A DNA stretch of 63,786 nt, counting the filler, from Welwitschia mirabilis (lineage: Eukaryota): NCBI GenBank assembly GCA_051453625.1. It is 7 parts of one record of this genome, joined end to end, with 100 filler letters (N's around TTAATTAATTAA, not from the genome) between each part and the next. Parts side by side here need not be neighbours in the genome. Positions count along the whole stretch, not along the records: positions 1 to 21,631 come from JBOZIK010000001.1; 6 more parts are not named here. The stretch is one strand, 5' to 3'. Positions 1 to 11,925 of this stretch are shown one piece after another. Positions within the stretch are counted from its first letter, which is position 1. Every line of letters starts with the position of its first letter. Position numbers and translations under genes: made by a program. Below the pieces are notes generated by a model, which was not told the origin of the DNA, searched no databases, and saw nothing but the letters and a program-made list of their open reading frames with translations.

Positions 1-2159
1 TTATACATGTGACCAAAAATCTTACAAGAATAGCATTAGATATCTCATCATCCCTCTTCTTTTCTTCTTTACGATCTTCTGGATTGACCTCCATTTTATC
101 TTATTTGCATAAAGTGCTTGAATCTTCTGGCTAGAAAAGCCACTTCATCCTTACTTTCTAGTTCTTGGTAAATCCTTTCTTAATATCGATGTTTTCATGA
201 GCAGCTATCAATGCTACACTTTTCTTCTTCTACTTTCCAAATTGCAATTCAAATGTGTAAAGGTTTCGTTGGAGCTCATCCATATTCATGATATTTAGGT
301 CCTTTCTTTCTTCGATAGTAATTAGTTTAGACTCAAATCTCTTAAGAAGGAATTTCAATGCCTTGTGTACTACTCTTAACTCCTTGATGAGTTCATCTAG
401 GCCATGTATAAAATTGACAATATCTGTTAGTTTTGCAAAAAAATCATTTTTACCTTCATCCTCTTCCATTTTGAGATCTTCAAACTTAGTAATAAGCATA
501 TGAAGCTTAGCCTACTTCACTAGGCTTGTTCCTTTATGAGCAGTCTGCAAAATATTTCATGCTTTCTTAGATGTGATGCAATTTACTACTCGTTTGAAAT
601 ATTCTAGACTTATGGCATAGAAGATTGCATTCAATCCTTTGAAGTTGCACCATGCTACCATTGTTTCATCAGGTGTCCACTTGTCTTTGCTCTTTATAGA
701 TGTTATCTTGGTTATTAGATCTTACATAGTAGGAAGACAATAACCATTAGCAATAGATTCCCATATTTCAAGGTCAATAGATTAAATAAAGACCCCTAAT
801 TTCATCTTCCAATAACCATACTTAGTTCCATCAAAGAAGGAAGACCTTGTAACAAAATTTCCTTCGGATTGCTAACTAATTTTCTAGGGTAGATGGAGCA
901 GAGATCTATTAGGATCTGTTGCTCAACCTCGCTTCGATACTAATTGAACTATGGATCGACTCTAGAGGGGGGTGAATATGTTATAGTAAAATATTCATCT
1001 ACCTTAAAGACCTATAAATAAAAAGAAAACAAACCATCAAAAATCATAGAATGTTTTAATGATGGATAGTCACAACCCTTCAGCTCTTAGAAATCATGTT
1101 GCTAATTGACATCGATTAATCTCAATGGTTGATTTTCAGGCTTATCAAAAACCTGTACAGTCACCGGTGCATTTTAGAACTAATCCATAACATAGAAGAA
1201 TGGATTTAAGTAAGGTGCACAAATACACTATTATGATCAACATGTATAAATGCAAGGCAAGCTCTGATAAGCTAGATAACAAGAAGAGAGAAAGTCCAAG
1301 AGAGAGATCTCACAATCATTCAGGCAGAGTGCATATAGAACATGTAACAGTGTTAGATGTGTTATATCTATTTTAAAAGTAGTAACCTTAATTAATAAAA
1401 AAAGGTCTTTGAATAGAGTGACTCAAAATAGCCGTTCAAAGGGTAGAAATAACCATTGAAATCTAGTTCTGCCTATTTTTGGTAAATTGAAAAAGTGCAA
1501 TGGTTATATTTAGAATACATTGGGTCGATCTCATAAGAATCTTGGTCTCCCTAGTATCCAGTTATTCTTACCAAATCATTAGGTCGCCATTGCTTGGTTC
1601 AATTTTAATAGTCTACTTATTCAGTCGCCCTTACTAAAACATTAGGTCGTCCATTTCTGATTTAGTTTTGATAGTGTTACTTTTGAATAGTCGATCGCTC
1701 TCACAAAGAAAAGGGGTCGACCTTACATGAGGTCATCCAAAACTTAACGAGTTGGTCAACCTCTTTATGGCTATTTTCTGTGCATGAATTAATCACCTGT
1801 ACATGTGTCATTCATCGCCCTCACTGTTAGTCAATTTGAAAATTTCTGAAAGAGGTTCGGTTACCCTTGACATTAGTGGTTGGTTTCCCGCTTATTCCTC
1901 AATCTGTACCACATTTAACCATGTGGTTGCCCCACCTGTGATACATAGTTTCCCGCATTGGAACCATTTTCTAGCTAACTAGTAGTCTGGTCACTTGGGT
2001 TTCTCCTGCCGATGGCCCTCATGTTACTCAGTGTATATTCACATGTCAATACGGTCACCCAGATATCTGGAGCAGTTGCCCAGTGTTAGAAAATCTCTAA
2101 AAAATAACTATATCCATAAAAACTTATTAATTAACCAATGACAATAGGTTCTTTTAACA
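1..2159 (-). mobile_element. 5' part of degenerate Sirevirus-type Ty1/copia element (5' LTR, PBS, gag), running off the window start
   Basis: On the minus strand the LTR runs 2159-945 (TGTTAAAAGAACC...TATTCACCCCCCTCTAGA...TTCA), followed by a degenerate PBS TAGTATCGAAGC at 942-931. Gag remnant FFDGTKYGYWKMK and ORF 230-499 (MLITKFEDLKMEEDE...LYTFE). Collinear with the element at 33602. Confidence 0.9.
945..2159 (-). repeat. LTR (~1.2 kb) of Sirevirus-type element
   Basis: TG...CA ends, C-rich U5 motif and repeated GGGCGAC/GGTCGAC-like motifs. Start and end resemble the LTR at 33602-34894. Confidence 0.85.
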
Positions 2160-4366
2160 GGAAAAAGCCCTATAAAATACACAAATTTACCAGAAATGAG
2201 TAAGTAATGCATAAAACAAACATGTAAATCCATGATCTTATGGAAAAGGTAATCTTGTGTTAAAATAATATTTAACCAAAAAAAAAAACCTCCAAAATTT
2301 CCCCAAATTGATTAGAACTATTTATCATATCACAAACATTTAACAAATGAACATATAAGCTCAAAAATCTAGGCAATATTAAGGGAAAAGAACCAATAAG
2401 CTCTTTCTATCTTTTACCATACTATTAGTGAAATTTATGATATGAGTTATATCGTTACTTACATGCAATAATCTAGCTATTTTTTAAATTTTTGTTATTT
2501 ATTCCATGCATTTATTATTACATTTTCATTTATGATAAAATGCTTTATAAGTTTATTTAGTCATTGCTTGTTTAAGAGAGCATGTTTTATACATATATCA
2601 TATAGATTTCATGTTTTGGCTATTTGTTTGTATTTTATAAGTCATGGTTAAGTTGATGTAATAGGTTATTTGGTTAATAAGTGATGTTCAAGATATATGT
2701 CCACTGCATCTGTTGATGGGGATCCATCATCTATTAATGTTCTCAATTTACCAGTATTGATATTCCACCTGATGAGGCTCCCCCTATCAAGGAGGAGGAT
2801 GATTACTTTATTATGATCACTTTAATGATGATGTATACAATCCTTCTTTTACTATGATGTACATGTTTTCACGAGCCTTTCTCTATTACTTGAGTACATG
2901 TCCCATTTGTCATTCCACTAGATACTATTGTGTACATTTTATCATTTACCATGCATGTCAATCTTCCACCATTCATTTCCATTTCCTAGTTTACATTATT
3001 CCACTTATCTTATTTTACCCATATTTATTGTTTCATGCCATCAGTCCCATTTTTACCATGTTCATAATTATGTTCTCCTTCATTTTATTTTTCCTTACTC
3101 ATTTGAGGGGAAAAAAAGGAAAATGGAAAAAAAAGAAAAATAATAATATATTACAATCATGTAAAAACATGAAAGAGTGCATGCTTTCACCTCTTAAGGA
3201 CCATTAACTTCAGAATTATTAGTTTCAACATCACTCTAGTAGCTTACCATAGTATGTGCCTTACTTACTTAGTTACTTTTATTAGTAAGTTCAGTTATAA
3301 TATGAGGTTACATGTAATTTAGTATGTGATTTTCTATTTTACGTGTCTTCCTCCACCTATTCCCCTTTACCATTAGTGAGTTTTTCTTAATCATTAACCA
3401 TCATCCCCTTTGCCTTGATCATGGAACAATTTACTTTCTTATCCTTTTTTCACCATTTTGACATATTCTTTTCACGCCTTTTACCTTATTTAGTCACCCT
3501 TATCTATGTCATGATGACTCTCCCATCATTTTTACCACCACTCATATTTCCATAACATTCTAGTATCTATCCCATGTCATATACATTTATCTTATGATCA
3601 TACTATTCATGCTAAAGGGATGTCCATCCCTATGTTTCTGCCTTTCTTTACCTTGCTTTATCATGTGGTGATCATCTCTAATTATAATGTTGTCATTTCC
3701 CATTACTTTTCTGATCATTTATCATTTCATGGTGTGGTTACCATATTTCTCCCCTTCGATCTAGGGTAGATGTTTACTTTTCTTTCTCTCCCATTAACCT
3801 ATCCCATATTTATCACATTATTACATTTTACCCACTTGACATGTATCTTATTATCCCATTTTCCCCATTTTGAACATTTCATTTATAATTTTAATTTGTT
3901 ATTTTGTTAGAAGAGGAAAAAAAGAAATAAAGACAAAAAGAAAAAGAAAAATTTAATAAACTATTTTAATCATGTGAAAATTTGGTTAAGGTTCATTTTC
4001 ACTTTGCCTTCTATATTTGTGAAATGAGGTACACTTAAAAAGGGAGCAAATATGTGAGTGCATAATGAATTTTTCCATTTATCATTCCTCATATTTTCCT
4101 TCTTGTCATCTCAATGAATTTCATAACTTTATGCATGTTGTTGGACTTGTATTTTGTTTTCACCAAGTCTCTAAGTTCTTCCTCATTTTATTAATGTTAA
4201 TATCCTTGTATGATTTCTTCTTCATTGTTCCTAGTTTACCATTAAGTATTTTCATCTTATCTCCATTACTATATATGTTTTTCTCATCCCCCACATTCCA
4301 AAACATAAAAGGCGATGTCCACTCATCCACCTAGGTAAGTATGAAGAATCAGTTTTACTACATAAC

Positions 4367-4591
4367 CCTAAGGAAAAGAACATCTATCAGTGCACTCTCA
4401 AGAATCCAAAAGGTTAAGATGTAAATCCAAGCATTTATAATCATAAGATGCTTATGATTTTTAATGTGGCTTCTCAATGTATCTTAACTAAGGGTAAGTA
4501 CACTCGAATGCCCAAGATTTACAAGAAGTATAAACAAACAGGTTTAGAGATCTTGGCTTATCCATGTATTTAGTTTATGCATTAAGAACTA
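4367..4591 (+). pseudogene. GPX: Processed, truncated glutathione peroxidase pseudogene
   Basis: Translates [72 protein letters not shown], matching plant GPX motifs NVASxC and LEILAFPCNQF..QEP. No introns. Confidence 0.9.
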
Positions 4592-6759
4592 GTTTAAAAG
4601 ATTTACATTCTTGAGACAAATTATTTCTAAAGTTTAATAGAGACAAGCTCACTAAAGCCAAGCATGGCTATTTTCATTACAATGGAGCAGATGTGATCCA
4701 GACCTACATAGTTTAGAATGTGTATGACCTTGTGAAAGAATAACATAATTTTGTAAGGAGATATGAAATTCTCAAATTTGTAAATCTTATTCATTGTGCT
4801 AAACTACATTAACGTTTTTAGAATTCAAAGAGAAGGTCTAAAATTCAATGCAAGGCCTCAGATGATGCCAATGCAGTTATGGTTTTTAGTGGGTAGCTAT
4901 GGACTTATGGTACTATAAATGGTGCATCTCATATAGATAGACCTTTATCATTCTCAACAAAATAAGTTAATAGTATAGGGTTGGAACTTTATCCTTCACC
5001 AAAAATTTCTATAAATTTGAAGAGATCAACACCACATTCAAAATTGGCACACCAAGGCTCTTGGCATTTATGGGTAAGCTTTTATAATATAATGGGATTG
5101 ATATCCACTGCAATCATCCCTATTGTATGATTAAAGGGGATTTGAAACATCACAGAATCATGCAGAAACAAGTACTAGTAGTTTGAACATGAACATTTGA
5201 ATCAAAATGTTTATTAAGATTAAAGAAGATTAAGATTTAAGAGAAGGGAGGCTATAAAAAATGCAAGAAAGACAACACAACTAGATGGAAAGTTCTGATA
5301 AAAATAAGAATAAAAAATCCAATCCTAACAAAATGATACCAAAAAAAAAAAAAAAAGAAAGGAAAGCAAGAAAGCCTACATCTAAAAAGGAAAAACACCA
5401 TTCATAGTAAAGGCTTTCAAAAAGAATGGTAAAAAAGACACCTTATAAAAAATAAAGAAGATTAATAGAAGAATAGTAGCAGAAAAAGAAGAGAAGGAGC
5501 TGCATTACATTAGAATAGGAGACAAAAGAAAGTCCACACCAGAAACCATTCACAAAAGGCAAAAACACCTATTTAATAAGAAGAGGTAAACTGAATAAGA
5601 AAAGCAAAGAGTGTTGATAAAAGATAGAAGAATAAGTCAAGAATGAGGGAATAATTAATACATTTCAGAAAACAAGGACTGACATAAAAACTGTAAGTCC
5701 ACAATTCCTAGGTTTTACACTTGCTTTGAATTATTTCTTATGTTATTCACCTAGTGATTCTAGGGAATACCACTTAACATAAATCACAGTTGCATGTTTC
5801 CTTTAGAAACTTTTCAATTGTAATTCCAATTTCTAAATAGTATTCATTCTTAAGATTTTAAATTCTTAAAATTAATTCCTTATTTTACCTATTTCTAAGT
5901 TCGATCATTTAAAATTTGCTATAATTTTTATCTTTCAATAAAAAATGTTACTATTTCTAAATCCTATGTGTCTGAACATCTTGAAAAATTTCCAAGTCAT
6001 TTTGGAATTCTATCTAAACCTTAATAAGTTAACTTTTTTATTCATTATTACAATGAATTACCTCTACTTTTTTTTTTTCCAACTGTAGTCATTTGTAAAC
6101 ATTTACTTGCGTTCCATATAACAATAAGAAAATAAGATAATACTTGTCTCTTTAACATGTTTTATTCTTTTATAGATGCATAAGGTCCATTAAAATATAG
6201 TTAAAGAAAGAAGTAAGCCTCAATCCCTGATGCCACCATTCATTCTTCCTTGTCAATTTAGTATAGAAATGATGGTGAATTATTGTGTTAGAATATGTTA
6301 TTAATAATAAATCTTCCTCTTTATTTACTTATTTATTTTATTTTATATTTTTTCAATCAACATAATTAATTCTAAAGTTTGATTGATCTTTTTAGTATTC
6401 ATAAGGAATGATGTTTAATTAATTCTTTCAAAAGTAGGTCCATTTTATAAAATTTTCCCTTGATTCAATAAAAGTAAAGGAAAGAATTATTTTCTCCTTT
6501 TTAAATGATCTTATTTTGATATTACTAAATCTCAATTGCATTAGTAAAGATGATGTGTTGCATTACTCAATAAAAATGTCTAGAGATAAGCATCTTTTAC
6601 ATTACTTATTTTAATAATTATGCATACTACATTATTCTCGAGATCACATCAACTAGAAAAGCTTCCTTACATTAGTCTAATGTTGAAAAAATAAAATAAA
6701 TTTATATTTGTAAAATCTAGTCATAACACCTTTCTCCTGTAGCTTTATCTTGATAAGTT

Positions 6760-7380
6760 AGCATAAGTTAAAACTTATTCCTAACAAGCTAGTAAAGTGA
6801 TGTGTGCATGCTTATCTACTTAAAAGAAGATTCCATACCTTATATGTTCTTGTACATTCTCATTAAGGGTGATATAAATAACTCAATTAAATTTTTTAAA
6901 TGTTCCTCTTTTCTAAAGTTCAACTTGAAAATTTACTATAAACAAATGGAGAAATAAAAGTACATTCAACATTAGAAAGGGAAATGTTGAGCTTGAAATT
7001 TTTAGTAATTGTACCTCCTTATATGTATAACCACTGTGATTGCCCAAATGAATAGTTTGATAATCCCAAGGGCCTATTAGTGTGTAAAATAGGACATTCA
7101 CATTTTTAAAAGCATTACCTCTTAAATGAGGGATAAGTGCCACACTAATGGGACTATTACCCCATTATTGCATTTAAAACTTAATTACAAAGATAATGTA
7201 TAAGGAAAAAGCCCATCTTTTGCATTTAAATAAATATTTTTTGACCTTATCATGGTAGATTTGTTGGCATGTTTAGCTTTAGAGGATTTTATTAAGAGGT
7301 CTCTATCTTTTATTAAGTTAAATCATTGGATTACCAATTTATGAAAACAAATTGCAATCAAATGTGCTATGTTCAAATGA
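6760..7380 (+). pseudogene. Possible Ulp1/C48-peptidase remnant of a DNA transposon
   Basis: Frameshifted motifs resembling V..AY..LL.RR, DCG.F and a C-terminal SLSF....RKQIA. Very degenerate. Confidence 0.3.
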
Positions 7381-8479
7381 TGAATGCATAATTTTTTTTA
7401 ATTTAGTACTACAAAAATGTATTCTAAGGACCTTTTGCAATATTTCTAAAGTGTTAATGAGACCTTTCTAGTTTTTTATACATGAACTAAGGATTTTTCT
7501 TATGATGATGCATTTTATGATACTTTATTAGTTTGGATTATGCTAAAAGATCATTCATTCTTTTTAAAATACTAATGAATAGGTTAAATGTCTAAAACAT
7601 TTACCTAACTATTAATTCCATAAAAGTAGAAGTGTGTACATCAACCTATATATATGTAATGGAAACTCATCAAAATTAATTAAAACTATAATGTGAAATG
7701 GCTTGTTACATTTAAAAAATTTTCAAAATACAAAATAAAGAGTAAAAGACATCAAATCTTAAAAACTTAACCTTTTAATTATATCTTAAATGATAAAGAT
7801 TACTTCAATTTATTGGCAAGTTAATGGTGAATGAAATTAAACCTAACTAGAAAGGCCTATAGACATTTAAGGGAAATAATCCTTAATTGATGACTACATA
7901 ATATAAATTAAAGACTTAAATGACACATCTATAAAATCAACTAACAAGTCAAAGAGAACCCAAGGTGTGTGAATGAGATGGAAAAGTAAGTATCTAATTT
8001 GGTTTTCACTTAATCAATTAAATTTGCTCTTAGGTAGATAATTAAGATAACACCACATGTTACAAGGATATTTAGTGTGACAAATAAGGTAAAATACTAA
8101 CATAAAATAATATTATTCTAGCCTAAAGAGTAGAATCATGATGCATGACCTATTATGCCATTACACTTTTTCCTTAACATGGAAATATACTTTTTTATAA
8201 AGAAATTAAAGTGTTTGAATAAAAACATTAGGAATGTAGCCTACAATAAAAACTTCCTTAAAAAATAGTTACTGTGTAATAAAACTACTTCATATAAATG
8301 TAGTCAACTTATTGCTATGCATCCTTTACCCATAAGATCTATTAATTGTGTTACACATTTAGTAATATTAGTACTAAGTAAATAATACATCTCATAGAAC
8401 TAGGATTATGGAAGGATTTTATAGAGGCTCTAATAACCAGATAAAGGCCATTATAAATAATAAATACCTAAACTTTCAG

Positions 8480-9450
8480 AAGTCATAGTCAATTCAATTT
8501 TAGATTAAAAGTACTAAAACTTTTCTTGATCAGGTGCCTTTATCAGAATGTTAGCAATTTGTTTGATAATTAAACTATATGTTGAGTAAAAACTTTGTTC
8601 TATGTAAGTTTTTAATTTTTTAGATCCTAATTGAAAAGAATTTTATCCTATCATGATTACTAGATCTTTTCCTATGGGAATGGTAAACTAATTATTAATG
8701 AAAATCTTAGTTACTTTATTTTGTGTTCGTTTCTTTCAAAAGTTTTCTAAGCCATTCAATCTCTCTACATGATTTAAAGGTAGTAGTATCTTCTACTTCA
8801 GCCAATTATTGAGCTATAACTACCTAATGATTAAGTCATTAAGAGAGATTTGAAAACATGACATATCTTGATGTTGATAATAATGTTTTGAATCTCTTTT
8901 AAATCATAAATTAGAATATGCCTTTATAACAAATTGATTGTTTTCCTTACAAATATGTTCTAAATATTTTATCTTATTAAAAAATCTTAGTACTTTTATA
9001 GTAACATTTAAATGGTTCATATTTAATACATGAATATATTAGAATAGGGAACTAATAACATAGGAAATATTAGGCCTATTATTGATGGCATAAAGAAGAC
9101 TACCAATAATCCTTCCATATTTTTTTTATCACTTAGTTTTAAATTCTTAATAATAGTTAAATTTGCATTTTCTTCCAAATGTATTACACCATTTTTAGTA
9201 TTTTTTAAAGAAGATTTTTAAATCAAATATCTAATGTTCTTATTTTAACAAAGAAATATTGTATTATTTTCTATGTAATTTCTACACTAAGATAGAATCT
9301 AGTCAATCCTAGATTAGAAATTGTGAATGCCTTGCTTAAAGCAATCTTTGTGATATGTACATCTATTTCATAATTACAAGTTATTAACATCTCATGTACA
9401 TAAAAACAATATATGTAGGTTTTCTTCCATTATATTCTATGGACAATGTA
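8480..9450 (-). mobile_element. Copia RT/RNase H remnant
   Basis: Minus-strand peptides YVHEMLITCN (YVDD motif), YGRIIGSLLYAINNRPNI, AEVED...CREIEWLRKLL and KQIANILIKAP (QIADILTK). Confidence 0.85.
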
Positions 9451-9533
9451 TCTAGATAATTATAATTACATAATTTTAATCTAATGGTACCCACATAATT
9501 GGTAGGCTTTATGTGACATGGTCTTAGATAATT

Positions 9534-9601
9534 ATAAGTAGATGCCTCCTTAAAAGACTGAATTGCTTTGTAAGGAGGATCTTAAGGAGGCATCTACTTA
9601 T
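9534..9601. repeat. Perfect 20-bp inverted repeat with 28-nt loop
   Basis: ATAAGTAGATGCCTCCTTAA (9534-9553) and TTAAGGAGGCATCTACTTAT (9582-9601). Confidence 0.95.
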
Positions 9602-9699
9602 GCTTATAGTTGCTTAAGAGGTTGGAAATTCTTCGCTCTCTATTAAATAAATATTTTTGAGCTTCTTTATAGTCAATGTTACCTTATGAACTAGGGCCT

Positions 9700-10370
9700 T
9701 ACGAGAGGGNNNNNNNNNNCATATTATTTACTCTTAAAATAGTATCCATAAGGAATGTAAAAGTTATCATAATATCATACTTCATGGATTTGAAAATACA
9801 ACATGCTAGAGCATATGGTTCCTCATTTTTTAAAGCAATAGTTACTTTGTCATAAAAGATCATTAAATTGGTAATATGAGTAAGGGTGTGAATAAAAATA
9901 ACTAATCTAAATAAAACATGACCCAATGGATGTAAAATCTAAATAGAAAGCTTTTTTCCAAAGGTTAAGGCTAAATCCTTTAAAACTACATCATCTATAG
10001 CCAATGCTCTTAAAAAACTCTATTTTTTGCCTTCTAGAGCTATGATCAATGTAAAGTCTAAATTCCTCATTGGGAGTGCTAAAGTACTCTTATAAGAATG
10101 CCTTTAAGTTTAACCTCCACGTTCCTAATTTTTGATGTGCTGATGATTTCACTCTCTAATTAGTTGGGATTCTTAGTAATATTCTTAAATTTGTAACATG
10201 AGGCCATTCTTCTATAAAATTTCCACACTTGACCAGAATGATATTCCTTGTTAGATAACTTTACAAATCAAATTAGTCCACATTGAATCATAATCTATGA
10301 TAGGACTCCTCTAATGGTTTCTAATCAAACTATATAATCACATTTAACAATTATCATGTCCTTTTAGAAT
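9700..10370 (-). mobile_element. Env-like / extra-ORF remnant of an LTR retrotransposon
   Basis: Peptides GLI*FVKLSNKEYHSGQVWKFYRRM...IISTSKIRNVEVKL and ORF 9699-9926 resemble the env-like ORF pattern also seen at 50277. Confidence 0.5.
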
Positions 10371-11513
10371 ATCCTTCTTTTGATAGCTATAACATGTAAA
10401 ACATTAGAAGAATATAGAGATGTTTGTTGGATTAGAGGAGTTATGGCAGGAGTAAGTATAGAGGCCTAGGATGGAATGGAATCTTAAGTAGTAATACTTT
10501 CCCTAGTTCTACAAATAATATTTTGACTAATTCTAAAAAGATGAAATTAAATTTTCTTCCAAATAGCAAATGGTTAAAAGTACTTTATCAAAATTCTAAT
10601 TTTAAATGTTTCTTAAAATAAAAATGCAGATTTGCTAAGTAAGAAGCAAGGATGAGAACTTATCCATGTAGAAGAAGAGTGGGACATGTTAACTTTGATA
10701 AGAAATGATTCCAACGAGTGAGAAATTGGTGAATCACATAAAAGCAGATGAGTGATGTGAACAAGTATAATAAAAATTGAGATTACTTTTTTTCCCCTTT
10801 CTTTGCATTTTAGATTTTTTTTGATTTAACAATTTTATCATAGTGTAATGACATTGCGACAATATTTTAATTTATTCATCACTTTAGGTATTGTCTAATG
10901 ATACCTTATGATAGTTATTAGGGAAATTTTCAAAAGTTATTGTAGATGTAATTGCATCATAATGGATTTATAATAGCTATAGGAGTTAATTAGTAATATT
11001 TAATTCAATTATGATAGCATAATATCTTGTCATAGTTCTCAGTTAAGGAACTGAGATTTTATCATAGCTATGATATACTATAGTACCTAATGATAAAAGA
11101 CACAAAACAATGTCATTTTATCATAAGGCAATTGATGTTTCCTTGTCATAGATTATGAATTTGTGATATGGTTGTGATATAGACTTGACATTATTTGGTT
11201 TGTGTATTGAGTTATCACATGGTGAGAGGTATGCTATAGTGCATTGTATAATTATTCAGTTAGCTACAACAAGAATGTTACAATGTGATAAAACTATAAG
11301 TTTCATTTCTTTTTTTCTTTTTTCACTTTCTCACTTATTAATCATGCTCACTCTTCCACTTTATGTATAACTGTGAGAAGGGCACTACTACTCAGTTATT
11401 ACATGCCTCACTGATTATTTATTTTTTTGAATCAAGGTGAGTAGTAGCATGTATATCATCTAAGATGATGATAAACTCATTTTCATGGTTTACCTTCATA
11501 GAAGTTAAATAGG

Positions 11514-11925
11514 TGTTTGATTAGAGGTAATTGAGGGGTCAGTGAATAAGGTATTTATTAAAAACTAAAAATGATTTAAGTTAAATAATTAAGAACTAAT
11601 TGCAAAAACAAAAATCAATAAAAATAAATAAATAGAAACTTTGCACTAGAAATTTATAATGGTTTGGCAATACTTGTCAACTTCAATCTTAGGGAGCAGA
11701 AAAATGCTCTTAGCCTCTTAGTTCTCTTAGAACATCCTTCTCCTGGAGTAGCTTATAAAATGCTTTATCAAGGATAACTTACAACATGCTTAGTAAGGGT
11801 CTCTTTATAACACCCTTCTCATAAGGGTTAGCTTGCTTAATCTAATAAGTACTTATAACAGATCCATCAAATAGAAGGCTGATAGTTAGTATGTATTTCA
11901 TGCATAGTACATCAACTCTAGATTT
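11514..11925 (-). repeat. 3' part of a Sirevirus-like LTR, interrupted by the element at 11926
   Basis: Plus strand TGTTTGATTAGAGGTAATTGAGGGGTCAGTGAATAAGG is the reverse complement of the TATTCAC-C-rich LTR end motif seen in the other Sireviruses here. Confidence 0.5.

Noticed and set aside
2854-4334. Hydrophobic F/I/L-rich ORFs as membrane proteins
   Set aside because: Low-complexity T/C-rich non-coding repeat sequence with no motifs.
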